Shown piece after piece: positions 18,761 through 29,653 of a stretch of DNA of 64,000 nt. The notes under the pieces are model-generated. The model had not been told where the DNA came from. It made no database searches and saw only the letters and a list, made by a program, of their open reading frames with translations. How positions within the stretch are numbered: position 1 is the first letter of the stretch; each line of letters begins with the position of its first letter. The translations under genes were made by a program, and so were the position numbers. This DNA is from an uncultured delta proteobacterium (GTDB lineage: Bacteria; Myxococcota_A; Polyangia; Polyangiales; B10-G4): positions 608,001 to 672,000 of the forward strand of contig CAVSGI010000020.1 of NCBI GenBank assembly GCA_963727445.1. The letters are read 5' to 3'.

Positions 18761-20329
18761 TCAGGGTTGGACTTGGTCCAGCGCCTCGACGTGGAGCAGC
18801 TTGAAGCCATCGGCACCACTGCAGCCGATGACCTTGGCCGCGCCCGACGTGTAGACGAAGCAGCTGTTCGGATCGAGACCCTGCGCGGTGGCGAGGCCCT
18901 CGTCCGGCGAGCCGGCGAGGGCGTTCGCCGTGGAGCGGTTCGCGTCACTGAAGGCGGCCACGGTGTCGGCGTTCGCCTGACACGCCAGGGGCCCGTAGCT
19001 CGCGGCGACCGCGGGGTTGAAGTACGCGGCTGCCGCGTTGCCCGAAGGGTCGGCGCCGCAAGCGGAGATGATTCCGTCGAGGGTCACGCTGAGGGAGATG
19101 CGGTTCATCTCGGCCTCGAAGCTCGAGCCGGCTTCGCTCGCGACCTGCTTGCCCTTGTAATAGAGGTAGCCGCCGACCGCGCAGGAGATCAGCACGATGA
19201 TCAGGCAGCAGCCGCCGATGATCATCGGGAGCTTGGACTTCTTCTTCTCGCCCTGAGGCGCGGCGCCGGGCGCACCGGGCGGCGGACCACCGGGCGCACC
19301 GAAGCCGCCACCGGGAGGCGCGCCACCGGGAGGCCCGCCGAAGCCGCCGCCGCCGGGAGGAGCGCCACCGGGAGGCCCACCGAAGCCGCCACCACCGGGA
19401 GGAGCGCCGCCGGGAGGAGGGCCACCGAAGCCGCCGGGGGCGTCGCCACCGGGAGGAGCGCCGCCGAAGCCACCGCCGCCGGGAGGCGCGGCACCGAATC
19501 CGCCAGGGGACGAGCCGGGAGGCGCGCCGCCCGGAGGCGGAGCACCGAATCCGCCGGGAGACGAGCCTGGGGGCGCGCCGCCAGGAGGGGGCCCCCCGAA
19601 GCCGCCGCCGGGCGCAGAGCCCGGGGCGCTACCGCCCGGAGGGGGAGCGCCGAATCCACCCGGAGCCGAGCCGGGTGCACCGCCACCAGGGGGAGGCGAG
19701 CCGAATCCACCCGGAGCCGACCCTGGTGGTGGACCACCACCGGGGGGAGGCGAGCCGAAGCCGCCGCCGGGAGGCGCGCCGCCGCCGGGGGAGGCGAGCC
19801 GAAGCCGCCGCCGCCGGGAGGCGCGCCGCCGCCGGGGGAGGCGAGCCGAAGCCGCCGCCGCCGGGGGGCGCACCGCCACCGGGGGAGGCGCGCCGAAGCC
19901 GCCGCCGCTGGGGGGCGCACCACCACCGGGGGGAGGCGAGCCGAAGCCGCCGCCGCCGGGAGGGGCACCGCCCCCGGGAGGAGGCGCCCCGAAGCCCCCG
20001 CTGGGAGGCGCGCCGCCAGGCGCGTCTTCCTGACCAGGGGGCGTCATCGGTCCCAGCATCGTCTGCTGGAAAGCGAGGTTTTTGGCCTGAGGCGAGCCCG
20101 CTTGCACGGGGCCGGGCGAGGCCGGGGGAGGGGCGCCCTGGGGTGGAGCACCCGGTGGAGCACCACCCGGGGGTGCCCCCCCAGGCTTCGGCGCCTGGGC
20201 GGCGCTCATCATCATGGTGCCCTTGAACTTTCCGCCCCGTGGGGCCGGCTTGAGCTCGGTGCCACACGAGACGCATTTGGTCGCGGTATCGGTGTTGGGC
20301 TTGCCGCAATTCGGACAGAAGACGGTCAC
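18761..20329 (-). CDS. Zinc-ribbon, Gly/Pro-rich repeat, single-pass membrane protein
   Basis: CPNC..CVSC; ~300-aa GGFG/PPG repeat region; KKKSK followed by TM; Cys-containing C-terminal domain; short out-of-frame stretch near 19790-19880. Confidence 0.75.
   Translation of the reverse strand: MTVFCPNCGKPNTDTATKCVSCGTELKPAPRGGKFKGTMMMSAAQAPKPGGAPPGGAPPGAPPQGAPPPASPGPVQAGSPQAKNLAFQQTMLGPMTPPGQEDAPGGAPPSGGFGAPPPGGGAPPGGGGFGSPPPGGGAPPSGGGFGAPPPVAVRPPAAAASARLPRRRRASRRRRLRLASPGGGAPPGGGFGSPPPGGGPPPGSAPGGFGSPPPGGGAPGSAPGGFGAPPPGGSAPGSAPGGGFGGPPPGGAPPGSSPGGFGAPPPGGAPPGSSPGGFGAAPPGGGGFGGAPPGGDAPGGFGGPPPGGAPPGGGGFGGPPGGAPPGGGGFGGPPGGAPPGGGFGAPGGPPPGAPGAAPQGEKKKSKLPMIIGGCCLIIVLISCAVGGYLYYKGKQVASEAGSSFEAEMNRISLSVTLDGIISACGADPSGNAAAAYFNPAVAASYGPLACQANADTVAAFSDANRSTANALAGSPDEGLATAQGLDPNSCFVYTSGAAKVIGCSGADGFKLLHVEALDQVQP
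19260..20020 (-). repeat. Degenerate coding tandem repeats (GGAPPGGGGFGxPP)
   Basis: Repeated ccgaagccgccgccg / gggaggcgcgccgcc units. Confidence 0.85.
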
Positions 20330-20482
20330 TAGGTCCCCTTTGGGTTTCGTGCCCTCGAAAAACCCCCAGCGAAGGCCTGCGTACCCTAACCGTCATCGGG
20401 CGAAGTTGGGAAGGGGGGTAAGCCAGTATTTTCGCGGACCCAGATCCCCGTTCGGGGGCGGCCGACGAGGCCTCCGGCGACC

Positions 20483-20511
20483 TTGACATCGGCCCCCCCG
20501 CCGCCTAGCGT
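20483..20511 (+). promoter_or_regulatory. sigma70-type promoter of the nuoE-N operon
   Basis: TTGACA-17 nt-TAGCGT, ~80 nt before nuoE ATG. Confidence 0.65.
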
Positions 20512-20592
20512 CCGCCTCGCCCGAGGACCCTTTTAGCCTGATTTTTTCCGTGTCGCACGCATCTCGGGGCGGCACGCCACGCCGAGGCAACC

Positions 20593-21100
20593 ATGGCATT
20601 CGCTCTCCCGCCGGAACGCGAAAAAGAGCTGGACGAGATCCTGACTCACTATCCCGAGAAGAGGGCGGCCTGTCTGCCTGCGCTCTGGCTCTGCCAGCGG
20701 GAGCACGGCTGGATCTCACCCGACGTGATCGCGTATGTCGCGAAGCGCCTCGAGCTCACCACCGCGCAGGTCAAAGGCGTCGTGACCTTCTACACGATGT
20801 TCTTCGAGGAGCCGGTGGCGCCCAACGTCGTGTGGGTGTGTAGGACACTGTCGTGCGATCTGCGCGGCGCCAAGGCGGTGCAGGAGCACCTCGAGAAGCG
20901 CTTCGGCTGTCACGCCGGCGGCACCAGCTCCGACGGTCGGTTCACGCTGCTGAAGGCAGAGTGCCTCGCTGCATGCGGGCAGGCACCGATGGTGCAGATC
21001 AACGACGAGTATCCACGAGAATCTCACGCTCGAGAAGCTCGACGCGATCATCGACGACTACGCGGCGAAGACGCCCGCCACTTCCGTGAGGAGTGCGTGA
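20593..21100 (+). CDS. nuoE: NADH-quinone oxidoreductase subunit E (apparent frameshift near 21013)
   Basis: TFYTMF, CRTLSC and CLAAC 2Fe-2S ligands; shifted frame continues HENLTLEKLDAII to TGA overlapping nuoF ATG. Confidence 0.88.
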
Positions 21101-22488
21101 TGGAATTCGAAGCTCTCCTGACGCGACGTTACGGAATAGACGACAGCCACCGGCTCGCGGTCGCGGAAGCCAACGGCGTGTATCGCCAGGCGCGCAAGGC
21201 GCTCACCTCGATGCAGCCCGACCAGATCAAGGAAGAGGTCAAGAAGGGCCCACATCCGCGGTCGCGGCGGCGCGGGCTTCCCCGCCGGGGTCAAGTGGGG
21301 CTTCCTCTCGCCGAAAGAGGGCGAGACAGGTCTACCTCGTCGTCAACGCCGACGAGTCGAGCCCGGCACCTTCAAGGACCGCACGATCATGTGAGCACGA
21401 CCCGCACCGCTTCATCGAAGGGCTGCCTCATCACCTGCTACGCGATCGGCGCGCACCACTGCTGGATCTACGTCCGCGGCGAGCTCAAGCACTGCATCGA
21501 CCGCATGAACGACGCCATCTCCGAGGCCCGCACCAAGGGCTACATCGGCCAGCGTCCCTTCGGCGTGAACCACGCCATCGACATCCACGTTCACCAGGGC
21601 GCGGGCGCCTACATCTGCGGCGAGGAGACGGCGCTCCTCAACACGCCTCGAGGGCAAGCGCGGCGAGCCGCGCTTCAAGCCGCCCTTCCCCGCGAACGCC
21701 GGCGCCTTGGCAGCAGCCGACGATCGTCAACAACGTCGAGACCATCGCCCAGGTCGCCGACATCATCGAGCTCGGCGGCGAGGCCTGGTCGCAACCGCGG
21801 ACGCCTCGGTGCGCGCGACGGTGGCACGCGGCTCTACGGCGTCAGCGGCCACGTGAAGAAGCCGGGCGTCTACGAGGCGTCCGGTGGGCATCACCATGCG
21901 CGAGCTCATCTACGACTTCGGCGGCGGCATGCTCCACGACGATCGCCCGCTCAAAGGCTGTCATCCCGGGCGGCTCGTCGACGCCGGTGCTGCGCCCCGA
22001 CAAGCTGGTGCACGCGCCCGCCGAGGATCACCCGCTGCACGCGTGGCACGGCAAGAGCGAGATCGACGTTCCGATGGGCGTGGACACCTACCGCGCGCTC
22101 GGCACGATGCTCGGCACCTGCTGCGCGATCGTCATGGACGACTCGGTCAACATGGTCGAGGCCGCGCGGAACCTGATGAAGTTCTACAAGCACGAGTCCT
22201 GCGGGCAGTGCACGCCGTGCCGCGAAGGGTGCGGCTGGCTCGTCGACATCCTCGACAACCTCGCTGCCGGTCGCGGCAAGCCAGAGGACGTCGATCTGCT
22301 GGTCGACGTCTGCAACAACATGATGGGCAACACGATCTGTGCGTTTGCCGACGGCACGGCGATGCCGATGCTCGGCTTCGTACGGCAGTTTCGCGAAGAG
22401 TTCGCCGCGGCGGCGCGAGGAGGCCTGAGAGAACACGCGCCTCGACGCCAGCGTGGCGGGTCTCCTCGGTGAAGGGAGGGCGGCGTGA
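21100..22488 (+). CDS. nuoF: NADH-quinone oxidoreductase subunit F (several frameshifts)
   Basis: [37 protein letters not shown] and NTIC found across alternating frames. Confidence 0.9.
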
Positions 22489-23131
22489 GCAGCCTGGGTG
22501 AGCTTCTCTTCGTGGTCGCCGGCATCCTGGCCGTGGGTGGCGCGGTCGGCACCGTCATGGCGCGGAACCCGCTCAGAGCGGCGATGGCGCTCCTTCTTCA
22601 CATCATCTCCCTCGCCGGGACTCTTCTGACGCTTCAGGCGCACCTCCTCGCCGCGCTCCAGCTCCTGGTCTACGCCGGCGCGGTGGTGGTGCTCTTCGTC
22701 TTCGTCATCATGCTCCTCGGTCCGGAGTCGACGACGCCGCCCGGTGAGTTTCGAGGGCTGCTCGACGAGAACGGCGTCGGCCGCGATCGCCGCGATCGTC
22801 ACCGGCGGCATCGCCTTCAGCGTGATCAAGACCGCCAAGCCCTGCGATCCCGATCCCTCGCTGCGCGGAGGGCGTCGCGGAGTGCGGTCAGTTCGGCGGC
22901 GTCGATGGGATGGGCTCGGAGCTCTTCACCACCGCCGTCGTCCCCTTCGAGCTCATCTCGATCCTGCTGACGGTCGCCATCGTCGGCGCCATCGCCATCG
23001 CTCGCGGGCGCACCATCGCCGAGGCGAAGGAGGCGCGCGAGCGCAAGGCGGCCCGTGAGGCGGAGAAAGCCGCACAGGCCGCCCACGAAGCACAGCTCAC
23101 GGCCGAAGTCTCGGCCCACGGGGGACATTAG
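22485..23131 (+). CDS. nuoJ: NADH-quinone oxidoreductase subunit J (frameshifted)
   Basis: [37 protein letters not shown]. Confidence 0.88.
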
Positions 23132-23165
23132 TCGTGGCTGTCTCCGAACCAAAGGGGCTCATCTA

Positions 23166-23480
23166 ATGGATATCTGGTAGGCCTCGGCGACGTACCTGGC
23201 CCTGGCGGCGGTGCTCTTCGGGATCGGCTCCATCGGGTTTCTCACCCGCCGCAACATCCTGATTCAGCTCATGTCGATCGAGCTGATGCTCAACTCGGTC
23301 AACGTGATGCTCGTCGCGTTCAACCGGTTCAATCCGGAGAATCACGCCGGGCAGATCTTCGCCTTCTTCGTGATCGCCGTCGCCGCCGCCGAAGCTGCGG
23401 TGGGGTTGGCGATCGTCATCAGCCTCTTCCGTCTCAAGCACACCGTCGAGACGGACAAGGCGGACGCGCTCAAGTACTGA
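23166..23480 (+). CDS. nuoK: NADH-quinone oxidoreductase subunit K (sequence error near the 5' end)
   Basis: [28 protein letters not shown]. Confidence 0.92.
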
Positions 23481-23483
23481 CGA

Positions 23484-23645
23484 AAATGACCGACCGCAAT
23501 TCCAGGGCAGTTCTCACTCGTCTCCGGCCCCGCTCGGGGCGTCGCTCCTCCTCGAGCGGCCTCTTGGCCGCCCTTCGTCGTCCCTCCTTCCGAGCGGCGC
23601 CGGATCCTTCGCGATCTCCTGCCCTCGAATCACGGTCGGTCATTT
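23484..23645. repeat. ~160-bp imperfect palindrome (REP/REPIN- or MITE-like) between nuoK and nuoL
   Basis: 27-bp terminal inverted repeats with 3 mismatches (aaatgaccgaccg.../...cggtcggtcattt); inner 15-bp inverted repeat with 1 mismatch; central gcggcc-tctt-ggccgc. Confidence 0.8.
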
Positions 23646-23649
23646 AGCC

Positions 23650-26372
23650 ATGGACTTCGGAAACATCGCGGACAAGGCGCTTCTCTGGATCGTCCTACTC
23701 GCCCCTCTTCGGGGCGCTGATCAACGGCGTCGCGGGGCGCTTCGCCAACCGGCAGTTGGTCGGCGCGGTCGGGGTGGGGTCGGTCGCGCTCGCCTTCCTT
23801 CTGGCGCTCATCAGCTTCTTCCACCTGACCGGTCTCAAGACGAGCCTCGGGGACGACGCGCAGATCACGCAGGAAGTGTACGAGTGGTTCTCGCTCTACG
23901 TCGGAACCAGCGAAGTCCCGCTTCGCGTCTCGCTTCGTCTTGGATCGCCTAGCGGCGATCATGACGGTGATGGTCACGGGCGTGGGCCTGCTCGATCCAC
24001 ATCTACAGCTCGGGTACATGCACGACGATCCGGGCTACGCGCGGTTCTTGACCTACCTGAACCTCTTCATGGCCTCGATGCTGATCCTGGTCCTGGGCAG
24101 CAACATGCCGCTGATGTTCGTGGGCTGGGAAGGCGTCGGCCTCTGCAGCTACCTGCTCATCGGCTTCTGGTTCGAGAACGGCGACTACGCCGCGGCCGGC
24201 CGCAAGGCCTTCGTCGTCAACCGCATCGGCGACTTCGGCGTCCTGCTCGGGATGTTCCTGCTCGTCTCGCGGTCGCCGACGCGCGCACCCGCGACGCCTT
24301 CGAGTTCGACGACATCAACCGGCGCCACGCGCCTCGAGCCTCACCGCCGTTCATCCTCGGCGCGCGTCGCGCTCGGCTCGAGCGTCGCGACGGTCGCGGC
24401 GCCTCTTCCTCTTCCTCGGCTGCACCGGCAAGAGCGCGCAGATCCCGCTCTACGTCTGGCTCCCCGACGCGATGGCCGGCCCCACGCCGGTCTCCGCGCT
24501 CATCCACGCGGCCACCATGGTCACCGCGGGCGTCTACCTCTGCTGTCGCCTCGAGCCCGGTCTTCGTGGAGTCGCCCGATCGCGATGGCGGTCATCGCCA
24601 TCGTCGGCGCGCTGACCGCGCTGCTCGCGGCGACCATCGCGCTGGTGCAGAACCAGATGAAGAAGATCCTGGCCTACTCCACGGTGAGCCAGCTCGGCTT
24701 CATGTTCGCGGCGGTCGGCTGCGGCGCCTTCGCCGGCGGCTTCTTCCACGTCTTCACGCACGCCTTCTTCAAGGCCTGCCTCTTCCTCGGCGCCGGCTCG
24801 GTGATGCACGCGGTCCACGCCCACGGCGACGCGGACATCCGCTACCTCGGCGGCCTCCGAAGGACAAGCTCCCCGACGCCCACTGGACCTTCCATCGCGA
24901 GCTGCTTGGCGATCGCCGGCTTGCCGCTCTTCAGCGGGTTCTTCTCGAAGGACGAGATCCTCCTCGGCGCGCTCGAACTGGGCGCACGCGAGTTCCGGGA
25001 GCAGCAGCTGGGTCGGCTGGCTCGTCTTCGTGATCCTCGTGGCCGCGGCGACGATGACCGCCTTCTACATGTTCCGGCTCTACTTCATCGCTTTCCACGG
25101 CACCTACCGCAGCGCGAAGGTGGTACCGGAGGAGGGCGAAGAAGGCGAAGAGGAGAAGGGCTCCTCGATCCCGCCCCCGGTCACGAAGAGGAGCACGGTT
25201 ACGATCCGCATCCCCACCGCCCGGGGATGGCGATCGCTGGCGTGCTCTCGGCGCTCGGCGTGGGCGCCATCGCAGCGGGCCTCATCAACCTCGAGCCGCT
25301 GCTTCACCTCGTGGGTGTCCATGAGCTCGGGGGTGTGGAGGGCGGCAACTTCTGGGGCACCTGGCTCTCGCACACCATCGCTCACTTCGACGCCGACATC
25401 GGCGGTCTCAGCTACCTGGCTGCCGCCGGCGGCGTGGGCGCGATGGCGACGGGCATCGGCCTCGCCTGGTTCTGGTACCTCAAGGAGGGCCGCATGCCGA
25501 TGGCGCAGCCCTCGGGCATCTCCAAGTGGATGATGAACAAGTGGTACGTGGACGAGCTCTACGAGGCGACGGTGATCCGCGCGACGCGCGGCCTCGCGAT
25601 CTTCGCCGCCGCGATCGACAAGTACTTCGTCGACGGCATCCTCGCCCGCGCCACCGCTCTCGGTGTGTCGCTCCTCGGCTGGCTCTCCACCCGCATCCAG
25701 AACGGCGTCGTCTACACCTACGGCGCGGTGATGGTGCTCGGGATGGCGGTTCTCGCCTGGTGGTTCGTCTACCCGCACCCGAGCCTGGAAGGCACGGCGA
25801 CGCGCACCGACGTCACGTGGACCTCCGGTCAGGGGCTCGGCTACGAGTACCGCTGGGACGTCGACGACGACGGCGAGATGGACACCGAGTGGAGCGCGTC
25901 GGAGAACAGCGTCAGCTACACCTACGGCGAGGACAAGTGGAGGGGCTTCGCGCTCTTGATGGACGGCGATCGTCCCGGTGAGCTCGAGGAGGTCGCGCTC
26001 GATCCGGACGGTGACGAGGTCTCCTTCGACGAGGAGCAGATGGGCCGCGGCTGGGAGGCGGATCCAGAGGCCGGGAGCTCGCTGTTGCCCACCTTCCGCG
26101 TCGCCCAGGACGATGAGGGCGGCATCATCTTCCGCAAGAACGATGCGCGCGCCCGCGTCCGCGGCGGCGAAGCCACCGAGGAGGAGCGCCTCCACCCCGG
26201 TGACATCGTGCAGGTCGGCTCGCTCAACATCCGCGTCGGCGCCGTGGTGGCTGCCTCCATCGAGGTGCGCAACACCTTCGGCAACGTCGCCCACGAGACG
26301 CAGGAGATCGTCATTCAACCCGCCGGAGGTCCTCCGGCGGAGGTCGCGGCGCTCCAAGGAGGTGCGCCATGA
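23650..26372 (+). CDS. nuoL: NADH-quinone oxidoreductase subunit L with ~200-aa C-terminal extension (frameshifts in the core)
   Basis: [73 protein letters not shown]. Confidence 0.92.
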
Positions 26373-28112
26373 ACGCGCATCTGCTCAGCCTCCTGATCCT
26401 CCTGCCGTTCTTCGGCGCCTTCGTCGTGGCGTTCCTGCCGCGACAGGCGACGAACACGCTCCGGGCGACCTCGGTGATCTTCATGCTCGTCGAGCTCGTC
26501 GCGAGCATCTGGCTCTTCGACGGGGACTACTCGACGGCGGCGTACCAGTTCGTCGAGCAGTACGAATGGATCCCGACGCTCGGCATCTCCTACAAGCTCG
26601 GCGTCGACGGCATCTAGCTCTGGCTGGTCCTCCTCACCACGCTGCTCACGCCGATCGCGCTCTACGCGCTCGTGGAACTCGGTCAACACCAAGGTCAAGG
26701 AGTTCGCCGTCGCGTTCCTGCTCCTCGAAGTCGGCGATGCTCGGCGCGTTCCTCGCCCTCGACCTCTTCCTCTTCTACGTCTTCTGGGAGCTGATGCTCG
26801 TGCCGATGTACCTGATCATCGGCATCTGGGGCGGCAAGGAGCGCGTCTACGCGGCGGTGAAGTTCTTCCTCTACACCATCGTCGGCAGCCTGCTGATGCT
26901 GGTCGCCATCCTGTACTCGTGGTCGGCAGTACCGAGGCGCCTCGACGGGGCTCGTGACAGCTTCGACCTCGAGCAGCTCAACCGCGTGGTGCTGCCGCAC
27001 GGCGCGCAGCTCGTGCTCTTCTTCGCCTTCGCGCTCGCCTTCGCCATCAAGGTGCCGATGTTCCCGTTCCACACCTGGCTCCCCGACGCGCACGTGCAGG
27101 CGCCGACCGGCGGCTCGGTGATCCTGGCCGCGGTCTGCTGAAGCTCGGCGGCTACGGCTTCATCCGCTTCGCGATGCCGCTCTTCCCGCTGGCCGCGCCA
27201 CTACCTCGGGCCGACGCATCGCGGTGCTCGCGGTCATCGGCATCATCTACGGCGCCTACTGCGCCTGGGTGCAGCGCGACGTGAAGAAGCTGGTCGCCTA
27301 CAGCTCGGTGAGCCACCTCGGCTTCGTGATGCTCGGCATCTTCTAGCATGACCGCCGGCGGCATCTCCGGCGCGATCCTGCAGATGGTCAGCCACGGCGT
27401 CTCGACCGGCGCGCTCTTCATCCTGGTCGGCGTCATCTACGACCGCCGCCACACCCGCGACCTCGCCGAGTTCGGCGGCCTGGCGAAGGTGATGCCGGTC
27501 TACGCGACGCTCTTCGTCATCGTCGCCATGAGCTCGGTCGGCCTGCCCGGCACCAACGGCTTCGTCGGCGAGTTCATGATCCTGCGGCGGCACCTTCGTC
27601 TCCGAGGCACTTCGCAGCACTGGCCGACGCATCTTCGTCGCTCTTCGCGGCGACGGCGTGATCCTCGCCGCGGTCTACATGCTGCACGCGGTGCTCAAGA
27701 CTCTTCTGGGGCCCGCTCGACAACGACGAAGAACGAGAACCTCACGGACCTGAGCCTGCGCGAGGGCTCGCCCTCGCGCCGCTCGTGCTCCTGGTCTTCT
27801 GGATCGGCTTCTTCCCGAGCACCTTCCTCGAGCCGATGGAGCCCTCGGTGGAGCAACTTCATCTCGACGTTCAGGCGCAAGCTGATGCTCGAGAACCAGG
27901 ACGACACCGCGCGCCTGTTGCCGTCACCTGGGGGCCCCGGCCCCGAAGAAGCCGCCGAGGCTACGGCCAGGTCGTACCAGAAGGCGAGGCGACGCCGGAG
28001 CGGAGCGGCGCAGGAGCCCGGCTGGGCTGGCGCGGAGGCGACGCGCCGCGCAGGTGGCGCGCAGCCGGGACTGCGTCAGGTCATCGTGGTGGACGACGGA
28101 GGTGAGGGATGA
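26369..28112 (+). CDS. nuoM: NADH-quinone oxidoreductase subunit M (frameshifts and in-frame stops)
   Basis: [60 protein letters not shown]. Confidence 0.92.
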
Positions 28113-29622
28113 TTGAGAGCTTCAGCGATCTGCTGGTCGCATCGCCGCTCTTCGCGCTGGCCTTCGGCGGCCTCGCGCTGATGCTCGTCGACGCCTTCGT
28201 GAAGGACAAGGGCGAGCTCGCCCTGATGGCGTTCTGTGATCCTCGTCGTCGCTGGCGGGTGCTCGGTGGGCCTGTGGTTCACCGGCCGCGCCACGCGACG
28301 CCCGAGGTCTTTGCGCTCCTACCTGTCGTACGGATCGAATGAGTCTCTTCTTCGACATCATGATCTGCGGCGGCGGCGCGCTTCACCGCGCTCCTCGCGG
28401 GCGGCTATCTGCGCGAGCACCGCATCGAGCGCGGCGAGTTCTACGTCGTGCTGCTCTTCAGCGCCTTCGGCGCGATGGTCCTCGCGCGCGCCATCGAATC
28501 TGCTCTCAGCTCTTCATCGGCCTCGAGACGATGTCGCTCGGCGCCTACGCGCATCGTGCGCGCTACCGGCGCACGAGCCCGCGCGCCGCCGAGGGCGGCG
28601 CTCAAGTACTTCCTGCTCGGCTAGCTTCGCGGCGGCGATCCTCCTCTTCGGCACCGCGCTCCTCTACGGCGCGCACCGGGCACACCGACCTCGCGCGGCA
28701 TCGGTCAGGTCGATCAGCGAGCGGCGACGCGGATCTGCCGCCGTCGATCATCCTGCGGCATGCTCCTGATCGCTGGTCGGGCTCGCCTTCAAGGTCAGCG
28801 CGGTGCCCTTCCACATGTGGACGCCGGACGCCTACGAGGGCGCCGTCACGCCCGCGACCACCTTCATGGCGTCGGTGGTCAAGGCCGCGGGCTTCGCGGT
28901 CATGGTGCGCGTGCTCCTCGTCAGCTTCGGCGACGACGCTCAGCGCGAACGCCGCCACCGGCTGGCCTCCGGTCATCGCCGGCCTCGCCGCGGTCACCAT
29001 GATCTTCGGCAACCTCGCGGCCGTCGCGCAGTCGAGCGTCAAGCGCATGCTCGCCTACTCCTCCATCGCCCACGCCGGCTACATCCTGGTCGGCGTCGCG
29101 GCGTCCTTCCGCGCGGGCGACGCCGCGGTGAGCGCCGTCCTCTACTACCTGATGGCGTACACCGTCTCGAACGCGCTCGCGTTCGGCTCGCTCATCCTCA
29201 TGGGCTCGCGCGGCAAGGAAGCGGTGAGCTACGAGGACCTCGCGGGCGTCGGCCGACGGCATCCTGCCGCGGCGGTGCCCTTCGTCCTCGGCGTGCTCTC
29301 GCTGCTGGGCTTCCCGCCCACCGCCGGCTTCTTCGGCAAGTACTACGTCTTCAACGCCGCGGTCGCCGCGGGCGGCGGCATGGTGTGGCTGGCCGTGCTC
29401 GGCGTGCTGACCAGCGCCATCGGCGCGTACTACTACCTGCGCGTCATCGTCTACATGTTCATGAAGCAGCCCCAGGCCGGCGCGCCGACGGCGGTGCCCA
29501 TGAAGAGCGGCTACGTCCTCGCTGCGCTCATCCTCTCCGGCTATTTCGTTCTCCGCATGGGCATCGCGCCCGGCAACTACCTCGATATGGCGATCGAAGC
29601 GGCACAGCAGCTCGTCGCCTGA
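28109..29622 (+). CDS. nuoN: NADH-quinone oxidoreductase subunit N (frameshifts)
   Basis: [45 protein letters not shown]. Confidence 0.92.
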
Positions 29623-29653
29623 GCACACGTCCGTATTCACGTATACTCGATAC

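Noticed and set aside
19260..20020. Possible CRISPR or non-coding repeat array
   Set aside because: Degenerate in-frame Gly/Pro codon repeats with no unique spacers and no cas genes
20593..22176. Apparent NuoE-NuoF fusion (527-aa ORF)
   Set aside because: Produced by an indel near 21013; the corrected nuoE ends at a TGATG overlap with the nuoF start
26610..28630. In-frame TAG codons in nuoM/nuoN as pyrrolysine or stop-codon recoding
   Set aside because: They occur among many indels at positions where Ser codons are expected, and TAG is a normal stop in other genes here
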